Sequence record: MK250027.1
Length of the DNA stretch: 64,000 nucleotides
Strand: one strand, 5' to 3'
Translations under genes and position numbers: made by a program
The notes under the pieces: model-generated
Told to the model about the DNA's origin: nothing
What the model saw: only the letters and a program-made list of their open reading frames with translations
The model's database searches: none
Part shown: one piece after another, positions 10,325 through 21,758 of the stretch
How positions within the stretch are numbered: position 1 is the stretch's first letter
Layout: each line of letters starts with the position of its first letter

Positions 10325-10369
10325 TATTGTTAATAAACAAATAAGTTGAACAATTAAAAATATAAGATT

Positions 10370-10759
10370 ATGTTATCATATACAGATTTACAATCAGATG
10401 AGTTTCTTTCAAAAGCAATTAAGAAGGCATATTTAGAATCATTAGGTTCAGAAATTAAGGAAATGATTCAGACTATTGAATCACAATGTGCAAAGATTCA
10501 ACAGTTAGAAGGCAACCAGAAGGCACTTGAACAAGAAATAGAAGCTCGTGATGCACAACTTAATACTCCAGAACATAAGGTCGCACTTGCAATTAAGGAA
10601 ATGATGCATGCAGAAGCTTTAGGTACTGTTGTAACAGAAACACCTTCTATCGTACGTTCACAAGTTACAAAGCATCTTGCGATCGATATAGATACCTGTG
10701 GATATTATGAGGATGGAGCAAAGCGATATGATTCAGACGCAACTGTTGAATGGCGTTAA
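10370..10759 (+). CDS. Hypothetical coiled-coil protein
   Basis: 129-aa ORF with its own promoter and terminator (10776-10813). Confidence 0.75.
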   Translation: MLSYTDLQSDEFLSKAIKKAYLESLGSEIKEMIQTIESQCAKIQQLEGNQKALEQEIEARDAQLNTPEHKVALAIKEMMHAEALGTVVTETPSIVRSQVTKHLAIDIDTCGYYEDGAKRYDSDATVEWR

Positions 10760-10845
10760 ATATCTAAATTATATTAAGAGATAGATAATAAACAAACTTT
10801 ATCTATCTCTTTTACTATAATAATAAATGATATTGATCTATACAG

Positions 10846-11466
10846 ATGAAAGTTTATATAGATGTTTACTATTATACAGATAATAAAACTAGTAAAGAGT
10901 ATGCTCATACAGTAGCTGGTCTTTTTAATGATTATTCAGATTTGGATTTTGAAAAAGTAATAGTAACAAGAACAGATAATATAGCAGAATATGAACAGGG
11001 TAATTTTTATAAGAGAGAATTACCTCCTATTATTGATGTATTAAAAGAAATTAAAAAACAAGGATATATACTTGATACAATAATAGTTGATGGATATGTA
11101 NNNNNNNNNNNNNNNNNNNNNNNNNNNNNNNNNNNNNNNNNNNNGTCAAGACTAAAAGATTATTTATTGGATAATAATATAGATATACCTATTATTGGAA
11201 TTGCAAAGCATCCTTATAAATGGATGTATAAAGATACGTATTTTAAATATGATAACAATATAATAAAATATGAAACTTTTGATAAATCTTTGAAATTACC
11301 AAAGAAAAATATGTATATAACATTTTCTTTAGAATATAAAGATGATGTTAAATTACAAATAGTAAAGGAAATTTATGCAATGAAGAAAGTTCAACGTGAT
11401 GCTAAATTTAGTTTACTGTTTACAAAAATTGATCAAATAACAAAAGAGTATAAACATGATAGTTGA
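10846..11466 (+). CDS. nfi: Endonuclease V-like protein
   Basis: IDVYY, YEQGNFYKRELP, IIVDGYV, IIGIAK motifs; contains an N-run. Confidence 0.8.
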   Translation: MKVYIDVYYYTDNKTSKEYAHTVAGLFNDYSDLDFEKVIVTRTDNIAEYEQGNFYKRELPPIIDVLKEIKKQGYILDTIIVDGYVXXXXXXXXXXXXXXXSRLKDYLLDNNIDIPIIGIAKHPYKWMYKDTYFKYDNNIIKYETFDKSLKLPKKNMYITFSLEYKDDVKLQIVKEIYAMKKVQRDAKFSLLFTKIDQITKEYKHDS

Positions 11467-11920
11467 TTTTAAAACATTTATATATGCCGGTTTCTTTGTA
11501 TCAGATGATGATAAGTAGAAACTTGAAATTGCATTTTGTGAGAATGTAGAAAATGGTGCTTCATATCTACAAGATTGGAAAGTGTATATTGATCACNNNN
11601 NNNNNNNNNNNNNNNNNNNNNNNNNNNNNNNNNNNNNNNNNNNNNNTATCATTAATTATTTGAAGGATACTCCACCTGATACACATATGTATTTAACGGT
11701 AGATGGAATTGGTAGATATGAAAATGTATTTGCGTTTAGGATTAAGAAAACAGAAGTAGTATCTATGTTGATTAAGAATAAACAACCACATATTACATGT
11801 GTATTAAATCCTGATACAAATAAACCTGTTGATAGTAATAAGATTTGTAACTGGATTGATATTAATCCTATTAAGATAGATACAGTTTGTAAGATTTTTA
11901 ACAAGAAGAAAAAGAAATAA
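11456..11920 (+). CDS. 2H phosphoesterase (RNA-ligase/PDE-like); one in-frame TAG at 11516
   Basis: YAGFFV..., WKVYIDH[N-run], QPHITCV, KPVDSNKI.NW; N-terminus only obtained by reading TAG as Gln. Confidence 0.65.
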
Positions 11921-11922
11921 TT

Positions 11923-12645
11923 ATGAATACTTATGATTTTACAGATCCATTTGATTATGAAGAATATATGAAATTATTGAATAATTTCTTAGAACCATCA
12001 GTTAAAGAGAAAAATAATATTATATATAATTCTCATTTTACGCTACGACCTGTTGATACTGATACTTATAATAAGTTTAAGGAATATCTTGAATATGAAT
12101 ATGATAAGAATACTTGTTTTTTTATGCATATTTGTATTGATGGAAAAATTATAAATGATTCTGTTTATTTTTGTAGATTCGATTCTTATGATTATTTATA
12201 TTCAAAGATAAAGGATTATAATAAGAAGAAACATTATTTTGAATTTTTCACTAAATGTGATATAGCGTCATATACAAAAGAAGAAGTTGATAAGTATAAT
12301 GATGAATATGAGCGTTATCATTATAGAGGAAAAAAACGAAAGGTTGGTGAGAAATATTTAAAGAAAACAGATGTTATTGTTAATCTTAAATCAGGTAAAG
12401 AAGTATCGTTTATTGAAATACCTAAGTATAATAGAGGATATATTGTATATGAGAAATATTATTCACCAAATGGTGAATATAAAATTATTTCTTTAGAAAC
12501 AGGTAGAATAATTGAATATGATTATGGTGATAAAATTGAAACAGATAATCATGTAATATTTAAAGCGAAACGTAATGATTATAATGATCCTGTTAAAGCT
12601 ATAGTTCTAGATAAAAGTACAGGTGATTTTATTTATATTGATTAA
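11923..12645 (+). CDS. Hypothetical protein
   Basis: 240-aa ORF. Confidence 0.7.
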   Translation: MNTYDFTDPFDYEEYMKLLNNFLEPSVKEKNNIIYNSHFTLRPVDTDTYNKFKEYLEYEYDKNTCFFMHICIDGKIINDSVYFCRFDSYDYLYSKIKDYNKKKHYFEFFTKCDIASYTKEEVDKYNDEYERYHYRGKKRKVGEKYLKKTDVIVNLKSGKEVSFIEIPKYNRGYIVYEKYYSPNGEYKIISLETGRIIEYDYGDKIETDNHVIFKAKRNDYNDPVKAIVLDKSTGDFIYID

Positions 12646-12659
12646 ATTATAATAAAATT

Positions 12660-13148
12660 ATGTTAGTATTTCATGGTAGTTCACAACGAATAGATTATAT
12701 TGATATAGATAAATGTCATTTAGGTTGGCATTGCGGAAATATTTGTCAAGCAATAGATATTACAGATCCTAAAAGACATAATGATAAATTTGATTGGGAA
12801 ACTACATATATTTATGTATCTGATATATATCCAACACATGATAATACAATTTATATAGAAGATAAATTTAGATATTCTGATAATTTTTTAGATGATATTA
12901 TTACAGAACTATCAAATAAGTTAATATCAGAATTTCCTAATATATCATTAAATGATTTATATACATGTGAGTCTGAAAGAGATGTTAGAGACTTCTTACT
13001 TTATAATAATATAAAATATATTGCATATGAAAATTTAATAGAAAGTAGAGGATTNNNNNNNNNNNNNNNNNNNNNNGGTGAAATAGATAATGTACAAGAA
13101 TATACATTTTATGATTTTTTAATAATAAATTTAAATGCTAAAATTTAA
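12660..13148 (+). CDS. Hypothetical protein, possibly ADP-ribosyltransferase-like fold
   Basis: N-terminal VFHGS..GWHCG..QA and late IAYENxxE pattern; contains an N-run. Confidence 0.4.
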   Translation: MLVFHGSSQRIDYIDIDKCHLGWHCGNICQAIDITDPKRHNDKFDWETTYIYVSDIYPTHDNTIYIEDKFRYSDNFLDDIITELSNKLISEFPNISLNDLYTCESERDVRDFLLYNNIKYIAYENLIESRGXXXXXXXXGEIDNVQEYTFYDFLIINLNAKI

Positions 13149-13365
13149 GAAACAACATAAACATTTCTTTATAACTAAATATAAATCTATGTTTTGTATA
13201 GAAGATATTATAAAAATAGCTCGTTATGATGATAATTGTAGAGGAGGAAAAATATATAAAGCAAGATTAAATGGAATAAATGAAGATTATGAGTTTAATA
13301 TTGATCCAGATGATCAAGAACGATTAGTAAAATATATTAAGCAGTTAGGATATGATAAAATTTAA
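13135..13365 (+). CDS. Hypothetical protein
   Basis: Packed ORF. Confidence 0.6.
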   Translation: MLKFKKQHKHFFITKYKSMFCIEDIIKIARYDDNCRGGKIYKARLNGINEDYEFNIDPDDQERLVKYIKQLGYDKI

Positions 13366-14014
13366 TTTTGATAATAAAGGAGTTTCTATTAGTTCTAAAG
13401 ATATGAAGGAATTTCAGGAGAATGTAATGACAGTAGAAGATATTGTTAATAGACTTTTGAAGTTTTATTCAAAGGATAAGACATATATGGGTGAACAGAA
13501 ACAAATGCTTNNNNNNNNNNNNNNNNNNNNNNNNNNNNNNNNNNNNNNNNNNNNNNNNNNNNNNNNNNNNNNNNNNNNNNNNNNNNNNNNNNNAGCAGAT
13601 AATAAATTGCATAAACTTATTATGTGGCGTGATGATAACGGTCTTCATAATTTTGCAATGTGGCTTAAGAATGAAGATATGCTTGGTGGTAAGCTTGTAA
13701 AAATTTATCCAGAAGATGATGATATTTTTACAAAGAATCAAATGGAAGGTGCAATGTATCTTGCAGAAATTAATAAGATACCATATTTTGAAGGATGTGA
13801 TGAACATGCGGATAATTATGTATATCAAACAAAGTTGAAGGAACTTGATGATGAAATTGAAAATATCAAGAATCAACGAACATCTTGTAAGAACGAAATG
13901 AAATCTATTCAAGATAGATATGCTGAACTTCTTACATATTATGCAAAGATGAAAGTAAAGCAAGTTAAATTGCAAATTGAAAGAGAAACATTAGTTAATA
14001 AACATAAGAAGTAA
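13352..14014 (+). CDS. Hypothetical protein with C-terminal coiled coil
   Basis: ORF in frame across an N-run. Confidence 0.6.
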   Translation: MIKFNFDNKGVSISSKDMKEFQENVMTVEDIVNRLLKFYSKDKTYMGEQKQMLXXXXXXXXXXXXXXXXXXXXXXXXXXXXADNKLHKLIMWRDDNGLHNFAMWLKNEDMLGGKLVKIYPEDDDIFTKNQMEGAMYLAEINKIPYFEGCDEHADNYVYQTKLKELDDEIENIKNQRTSCKNEMKSIQDRYAELLTYYAKMKVKQVKLQIERETLVNKHKK

Positions 14015-14213
14015 TAGAANNNNNNNNNNNNNNNNNNNNNNNNNNNNNNNNNNNNNNNNNNNNNNNNNNNNNNNNNNNNNNNNNNNNNNNNNNNNNNNNN
14101 NNNNNNNNNNNNNNNNNNNNNNNNNNNNNNNNNNNNNNNNNNNNNNNNNNNNNNNNNNNNNNNNNNNNNNNNNNNNNNNNNNNNNNNNNNNNNNNNNNNN
14201 NNNNNNNNNNNNN

Positions 14214-14946
14214 NGTATTAACTATTATTCGTATTCCTAACAGAAGTAGAACAGAAGATAATCAAGATCCTGTATATACTACAATACCGGTTGGTATGAT
14301 GATAAAGGATAATATTTTTATTACAGCATATTATGGACAGAATAATGTTATATCAAATTTCATTAATTGGAGTAATCAGAAAAAGATTAATGATAGAATA
14401 GGATATAATCTTTATATAAGTATATTTCTTGAATCTAATTTTTGGTTTCTTAAATATCTTAAACAAATTCATATTCAGNNNNNNNNNNNNNNNNNNNNNN
14501 NNNNNNNNNNNNNNNNNNNNNNNNNNNNNNNNNNNNNNNNNNNNNNNNNNNNNNNNNNNNNNNNNNNNNNNNNNNNNNNNNNNNNNNNNNNNNNNNNNNN
14601 NNNNNNNNNNNNNNNNNNNNNNNNNNNNNNNNNNNNNNNNNNNNNNNNNNNNNNNNNNNNNNNNNNNNNNNNNNNNNNNNNNNNNNNNNNNNNNNNNNNN
14701 NNNNNNNNNNNNNNNNNNNNNNNNNNNNNNNNNNNNNNNNNNNNNNNNNNNNNNNNNNNNNNNNNNNNNNNNNNNNNNNNNNNNNNNNNNNNNNNNNNNN
14801 NNNNNNNAGCAGCACTTATTCCAGGATTTTATGGAATGAATTTAAATAATGGAATAGAAACATGGGCATATGGATTTCCTTTTGCTGTTTGTTTAACAGG
14901 AATATGTGCAGGAATATCTTATTTTTTATGTAAACTATTTAAGTAA
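14214..14946 (+). CDS. corA: CorA-family Mg2+/divalent cation transporter (partial; start and middle in N-runs)
   Basis: TIIRIP...YTTIPVGMMIKDNIFIT before the gap and PGFYGMN plus a TM helix after it, in the same frame. Confidence 0.75.
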
Positions 14947-14960
14947 ATATAAATATAAAT

Positions 14961-15161
14961 ATGAGTATATGTTTTAGAAATATAGATAAATGTAAATATT
15001 CAAAAGAAGAAATAAAACTTCGTATTATTGAAAATCTTATAGAAAATAGGTTTAAAAATTACAGTAATAAAGAGTTGAAAGATTCTATGTATGGTACTAA
15101 TAATGTTTACCCAAGATTTAATGAAATTTATAATTGGATTTGTGAATATGTATTTGAATAA
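14961..15161 (+). CDS. Hypothetical protein
   Basis: 66-aa ORF. Confidence 0.5.
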   Translation: MSICFRNIDKCKYSKEEIKLRIIENLIENRFKNYSNKELKDSMYGTNNVYPRFNEIYNWICEYVFE

Positions 15162-15165
15162 TGAT

Positions 15166-15366
15166 ATGATACGATTTAAAAATAAAGATAATAATATAAA
15201 ACATGAATTAACAAATGAAGAGATAAATCTTAAAATTCATGAATTAGTATTAAAAACTATTACTGCAAAAAGAACTTATCTTTCTGATATATGTACAGAT
15301 ATGTCAAAAGAAGATGGATATTATAAAAAAATGGTATCTATTATAAAAGAACATATACATGATTAA
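15166..15366 (+). CDS. Hypothetical protein
   Basis: Short ORF following the previous stop. Confidence 0.45.
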   Translation: MIRFKNKDNNIKHELTNEEINLKIHELVLKTITAKRTYLSDICTDMSKEDGYYKKMVSIIKEHIHD

Positions 15367-15647
15367 GTTATTATATAAATTAAAAATAAACAAAATATTA
15401 AAATAAAAGATAATATTTAAATAATAAAATTAAATAAATAAAAGTATGTTGATTGGTTCATGTGTATTATCTNNNNNNNNNNNNNNNNNNNNNNNNNNNN
15501 NNNNNNNNNNNNNNNNNNNNNNNNNNNNNNNNNNNNNNNNNNNNNNNNNNNNNNNNNNNNNNNNNNNNNNNNNTATCGTCTATATTATTATTGGACGAAA
15601 GAGTGTAAAAGTTAATTATTAATTCACATTTAAATAATAATAGAAAA

Positions 15648-16133
15648 ATGGAAAATAATAAACAAGAGGTTAATGAGATTATTGAGAAGTATGATATTCT
15701 TATCAAAAATGCAATGAAGGCGCGTGAGAAAGAAAAACTTAATACTTATAAGTTGGTTAAGGCTCGTCTTCTTGAGTATAAAACAGGTGATAAGGATAAA
15801 AATGATAATTATCCAGTATTGGATGAAAAATCTGAAATGCAGATTCTTAATAAGATGGTAAAGGAACTTCAAGGTGATATTGAGATTCGACAGAAAACAA
15901 ATAGTCATTTGGATGAAGTTGAAGAATTTACACATCAGATGAACTATATTAAGGATNNNNNNNNNNNNNNNNNNNNNNNNNNNNNNNNNNNTTCAGTAAT
16001 TGATAAGTATATTTCTGATAATGGAAATTATTCTCAAAAAGAAATGGGTAAGGTTATCGGTTTTGTTCGTTCATCATTTAAAGCAGTTGATGGTGGAATG
16101 GTAGCAAAACTTGTTAAATCAAAGATGTCTTAA
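15648..16133 (+). CDS. GatB/YqeY domain protein
   Basis: AMKAREKEKL..., KEMGKVIG, VDGGMVAKLVK typical of YqeY. Confidence 0.8.
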   Translation: MENNKQEVNEIIEKYDILIKNAMKAREKEKLNTYKLVKARLLEYKTGDKDKNDNYPVLDEKSEMQILNKMVKELQGDIEIRQKTNSHLDEVEEFTHQMNYIKDXXXXXXXXXXXXSVIDKYISDNGNYSQKEMGKVIGFVRSSFKAVDGGMVAKLVKSKMS

Positions 16134-16153
16134 ATAATAACTAAATAAATTAT

Positions 16154-16194
16154 AAAGTGGGTATATTCATGTATATGAAATATATCCACTTTTT
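16154..16194 (+). terminator. Terminator at the boundary between TAG-free and TAG-recoded blocks
   Basis: aaagtgggtatatt/aatatatccacttt. Confidence 0.7.
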
Positions 16195-16239
16195 CTATAT
16201 TTAATAAAATAAATATTAAAAATATGTATATAATAAAGA

Positions 16240-16977
16240 ATGACTAGATCTGAATTTATTGAATGGTTAAAATCAGAAATAACAATGAGTAATACTATAA
16301 ATATTTCTTTATCGGACCGTGAATATGAAAGACTTGTAGATAGAGAACTAAGAATGGTTTATGAATTGGATAATGATAGCGTGCGTTATGATAAATATAT
16401 AATCCCACGAGATGTATTTTATTCTCAAGAATTTAGGAAAACTAGAACTATAAAATTTCCTGATTGCGTTTTATCTGTAGTTAAATTGGAAGAGATGAAA
16501 AGGAGAAATTATATGTATGGTGTGAACGACCCAGATCTATCATGGAACCGTATGTTTTAGACAGATATGTGGATGGGTCCGTAGATGGCGATGGACACTG
16601 TGATGTTTAGGACTATATAGTGGTCTAATTGGGATTAGTTAAAATAGTTTAATTTAGTTGATATAAAGCATAAGTGGAATAGACTTACACATTAGTTATT
16701 TGTGATGGGACATGATCCATATAATGATGTTTATTGTGAAGTAGCTGTAAAGGTAGATGAACAGGAATTATTTGAAGATCCTTGGGTAAGACAATGGATT
16801 GCAGCTAAATGTAAGTTATAGGTTGTGAAAAAATTAGGAACATTTACAGTGACTGCAATTGGAGGTGTAACTGTAAATACAGGAACATATTCAGAAGAAG
16901 CAAATAATGATATAAATGATTGTAAAGAATATTGGACTAATTTACGTCAAGCAGATTTTTTCGAAACAGGTTGGTAA
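16240..16977 (+). CDS. T4 gp13-like neck protein (TAG=Gln)
   Basis: Open to TAA 16975 when TAG is read through; C-terminal KLGTF..IGGVTVN...EEA resembles gp13. Confidence 0.6.
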
Positions 16978-17104
16978 TTAAAGAATTGGTTATTAATAAG
17001 TTAAGATATGTTAATAGAGAATGTAATATTTTGTAATTTATGAATATTGCATTCTCTATTTTTATAAAATAAATAATGTAAAATTAAGAATAATTTTAGT
17101 TAAT

Positions 17105-18904
17105 ATGGGATATAAAAGATATAGTGAAAATACATTTACAGTTGATAATAGTGGTGCTACATCAGGAACTTTAAAAAAAACTTCTGGAAAATATATATAT
17201 TTTGGTATAGCTAAACCAAAAGGAAGCAATACTTTTAGGAATTTAGATTAGTCAGATTTGGATAAAGGTATATAGAGTGATACATCTGGTTGTTCTGCAA
17301 CAATAACATATACATCTAGCAAATCAAATGTTGGACTAATAAATTATACATTATCATAGAATACATCTGGAGCAGATAGAACTATTATATTTAAATATAA
17401 TAATATAGATTTATTTTATATATTATAGAAATATAGTGGTGATAATTTAATATATGAAACTGGTAATATATATGTATGCGTAATTCCGAGCATATCTAAC
17501 TCTCCAGATAAAATATATTTATTTGTTGATCTCAATAATTATAGGCCTACACAAGCACAATTGGATTCAAATAATTATAAAACAATGTCCGGTACAAAGG
17601 GTTTTAATACAACATATTCTGGAAGTGGTTTAATGTTATATTTTTCCAATGTAACTTTACCTGAAAATAAAACAATAAAAGAATTAAAAGATGATGGGAT
17701 ATTAACAGTAGTTAGAGAAAATATTTCATTTACTTCAAATTCTCAGTATAATAAGTAGATACCATATCATATGGAAAAAGTAAATACACCAAGTGCATTA
17801 AATGGTTATTATGATTTTACTGATGAATCAAAAAAAAGTAATGCATTTGATAAAGAATATTCAATGTATAATGCTGCAGGAGGTGTGTATGGTAGTATAA
17901 GATTTAATATATTTAATAGTCATTATTATTATGGTATATATAAATTAAATATAAATGATTATTTTATTTATATAATAAAATTTAATACTTCAAAAACAAG
18001 TGGAATTATTGATAATATAGGCGTTATTGGTGATTATAAATATGGTATATCTTAGACATCTGGTGGTGCTTGGTATACTATTCTGTCTGGTGATATATTA
18101 TGGTATTATTCAAATAATATAACAATAAAAAATATAAATACATCTATTAAAACATTAATATCCAATGGAATATTAGAACCAGTTGAGTCTACAAATACAT
18201 AGTTAAATAATTCAAATTATATATTATATAAAGTTCCTTATAGTTATAATGGAGCAGTAGATAGCGCTGTTACAAGTGTTTCATTTAATGATGATATTTA
18301 TATATATGAAAATTCATCAGAAATAACACAAGATTCTGTAAAATGTATTACAATGGTAAATTTTAGTAATTTATCTACATCATATCATATGGGAATATAT
18401 AAATATAATGCGAACAATGATAAAGTAAAATATACTATATCTTTATATAGTATAGAAGCCTCATCTATTACAAGTGAAACAGGGTATAAATAGTATATAT
18501 TTAATATGGAAAATAATGCATGGACTGATTTTACAGAAACTAGTTCAACATCAAAATATATGAATTTACAATTTAAAAAAGAACCATCAAGTTCAACATG
18601 TTCATATTTACTATGGGAAAAATCTAATACATTATTATATGATAGTTTTAAACCAGAAACGATAAGTAATTTAAAAACAAAATATAATTTAAAATCAAAA
18701 AGTAATGCAGAAGATATAAATCATTTATATGGTCAATATGTATTGAATGTAACAGGTGATACAATATGTAAAAAAGGCAAATCAAGCAGATATACTTGGA
18801 ATGCAACATTAACTAATTATATATTTGAATTAAAAGATGGAGAAACTGAATTTAAAAAGAAATCAAACATAACATTAGTTGGTGCATTTACAATAGAAGT
18901 TTAA
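17105..18904 (+). CDS. Putative virion/tail-associated protein with a BACON-like domain (TAG=Gln)
   Basis: Joins three track ORFs in one frame; SDTSGCSAT...NTSGADRTIIFKYNN..LF.IIQ. Confidence 0.7.
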
Positions 18905-19025
18905 TAATTATTTTAATTCGTTATTCAAATCTAATTTTGCGTAACGAATTTTTTATTTATGTATATTAATACATAGGATTTTATATATTTGTATAGATAC
19001 TGAAATAATAAATTTCAATATTTTT

Positions 19026-19718
19026 ATGACAACATATAAAAAATATACATCATCAATAACTGCAAATATTTCTTCATCTGCTCATACAAATGAAGAATTT
19101 AAATGGTATGTAGGTTCTTCAACATAGTCTACTGTTTATTTTGGAATGGAAGATAATGATAATAACTTTACAGGTAAATTATCAAATTCATCATATACAT
19201 TATCATCAGATGTATCCGGATGTTCTGCAACAGTATCAAATATAGATTCAACAAAAACTGCAGGAATAATATATTTAAATATACCAGCAAATACAAGTAC
19301 AACTAACAGAACAATCGTATTTAAATATAATACAGTTTCATTATTTACAATAATATAGTCAGGTAGCACAACTTCTGTAACTACTATAATATTTAGTATT
19401 GGTGGTTTTTAGGGAAATAATAAAGTTATAATTCACTGGAGTGGAACTAATTTTTCATCAGATGGAACTACTGTAAGTTGTAGAATTAATGATAGTACGC
19501 CGAATTCAGATGGTTCATATAATGCACGATTTACTATAACTATACCGTCTGGATATGGACAATCATATGCAACATGTGATGGTGGATATGTATATAAAGG
19601 ACATAAGTATTCTTTAGTTGAACCATGTACACCATCATCATATGGTAATTATAGATTTAAATGTAATACTACAGAAGTTACTTATACAGATCGTATGGTG
19701 GGTACTATAACTACGTAA
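19026..19718 (+). CDS. Putative virion protein with a paralogous BACON-like domain (TAG=Gln)
   Basis: SDVSGCSAT...NTSTTNRTIVFKYNTVSLFTIIQ. Confidence 0.7.
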
Positions 19719-19777
19719 AGTGAGATATTGTATTTTCTAATTGAGTGTAGATATAAAAATTATTTTTTAATATTTTT

Positions 19778-20584
19778 ATGTCAACATATAATAAATATGG
19801 TTATGAAAATCCAACATTTATAGGATATACAAATTAGACAAATTCTATTATTAAAACAGATGATGGAAAATAGGTTTATTTAGGATTTGAAGATATTGAT
19901 AAATTATTTAAAGGAAAAAATAATATATCTGATGAAATTTAGTTATATGACAATGATTATTCAGATAAAGTAAATGGATTAACGGTAACTGCATATCCTT
20001 CAGATAATACAAATACTGGTTCTGATTTAAGATATACTTCAACATCTTATAAACATAAGTATCAAGTTGCATATAAAGGTATAAAATTATTTTAGCTTGA
20101 TATTAGAGAAAATAATATAATATTATTTGAAATAACTGTTAACTTTTTAATAGAAACACGATTGTTAGACGATACATCTGATAATTATGATGTATATGTT
20201 TCTACAGTCTCTCTTACATTATCATAGTTATTACCATTTAAATTAAATGTTTGTGTTAATTTAGTATATGATTCAACATTAGATGATGGTTCAATTGATT
20301 TAACTGAATGTATAGAAGGTTATGATTGGTATTTTGATGTAAATACTACTGTTGGAAAAGCAATGAATAACAATAATAATCGACCTAATATAATATTAAA
20401 TAAAGGTAATGGTCAATATGGGTTTCATAGTATAGAATTTTTAGATAGTACTAGTAATGATTATCGATTTGTTGGACCAGGTTCTACTAATAACCATACA
20501 AATGAGTATGCAGAAATAATATATGAAAATAAAATATATAGATGTAGTAATGTTAATTTTTCTCCTAATGATATGATATATTAA
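19778..20584 (+). CDS. Putative virion protein (TAG=Gln)
   Basis: Continuous frame with TAGs only; ends TAA. Confidence 0.7.
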
Positions 20585-20635
20585 ATATAAATTATCATGA
20601 ATAAATAATAAAAAGTTATTTTTGATATTATTTAT

Positions 20636-21049
20636 ATGAAAAGACATTCTATTCCATTAAATATACTTGATGAATACGCAAAAACAATTTCATCAAAATA
20701 GGTAAAAATGCTTTATGAATCAAAATGCAATAAGAAATNNNNNNNNNNNNNNNNNNNNNATATGAAATATCAAAATGATAAAAGTTATTCTATATATTTA
20801 AATGATTTCACTCTTGATGAAGCACATTCATCAGTAGACAAAGCATTAGTACGTTATGTAAATAAATATAAACTTCAATTCAACAAGGTATCAGATGGAG
20901 TTTACTTCTATACACCACTTGAAGAGAATTATATTTCTTTACTTAAAAATCTTGTTCAAGATGGATTTGACATTGATCTCTTAAAGGAAAATGTAGATTC
21001 ACAAAAAGCAACAGTTTATTTAGAAAAATTAAAGTTAAATAAGAAATGA
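20636..21049 (+). CDS. Hypothetical late protein (TAG=Gln)
   Basis: Upstream ATG in frame through one TAG; contains an N-run. Confidence 0.6.
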
Positions 21050-21753
21050 TTAAGATAAGAAGACGTAAACCTATTTTCGAGGACGATTAGAATACACAGC
21101 AATAGCAACAACCTGCAACAAATACTTAGCAACCAGCTACATAGGCGCCAGCTGCACAACCATAGTAGAATACAACTGCTCCATAGCAACCAACAAATAA
21201 TCAACAACCTAATCAAACGCAAGATTAGAATAATAATCAACAACAATAGGATTAGAATAATCAACAACAATAGCAACAACCAAATCCTAATGCATAGAAA
21301 GTATAGGATACATTGAAACAAATGGAGAATACATGGTGGATGATTTCTGTTAACCTTCCTGATGAAATTCAAAAAAATATTCCTGATTTTAAACAAGGTA
21401 ATCAACAAGCAGATCCGGCAATTAAAGCATGGAATGATTTCAAACAAAATCCATCAGAAGATACATTTAAAAATTTCTTAAATGGATTTAAATCATTTGG
21501 CGGATTATCTGGTGATTAGAATGCTAATAATAATCAACAACCATAGCAGAATAATGGAACAACAACTCAATAGCAACCTGCTAATAATACACAGCAACCT
21601 AATCAACAACCATAGCAGAATGTTAATGCAGGATTAAAAGCCGCATATTCATTCAGAAAGAATTTAATGGAAAATTTAGCTATTGCAAAATAGAAACAAT
21701 ATTATAATACAGTTTGTGAAGATTATTTTGATAAAAATGAATTTACATTATAA
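21046..21753 (+). CDS. Gln/Asn-rich low-complexity protein (TAG=Gln)
   Basis: TAG interspersed with CAA/CAG in poly-Q tracts; ATGA overlap with the previous gene. Confidence 0.85.
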
Positions 21754-21758
21754 TTATT

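Noticed and set aside
21016-21447. Leu/Ile-rich minus-strand ORF that looks like a membrane protein
   Set aside because: It is the antisense shadow of the CAA/TAG-rich Gln tract
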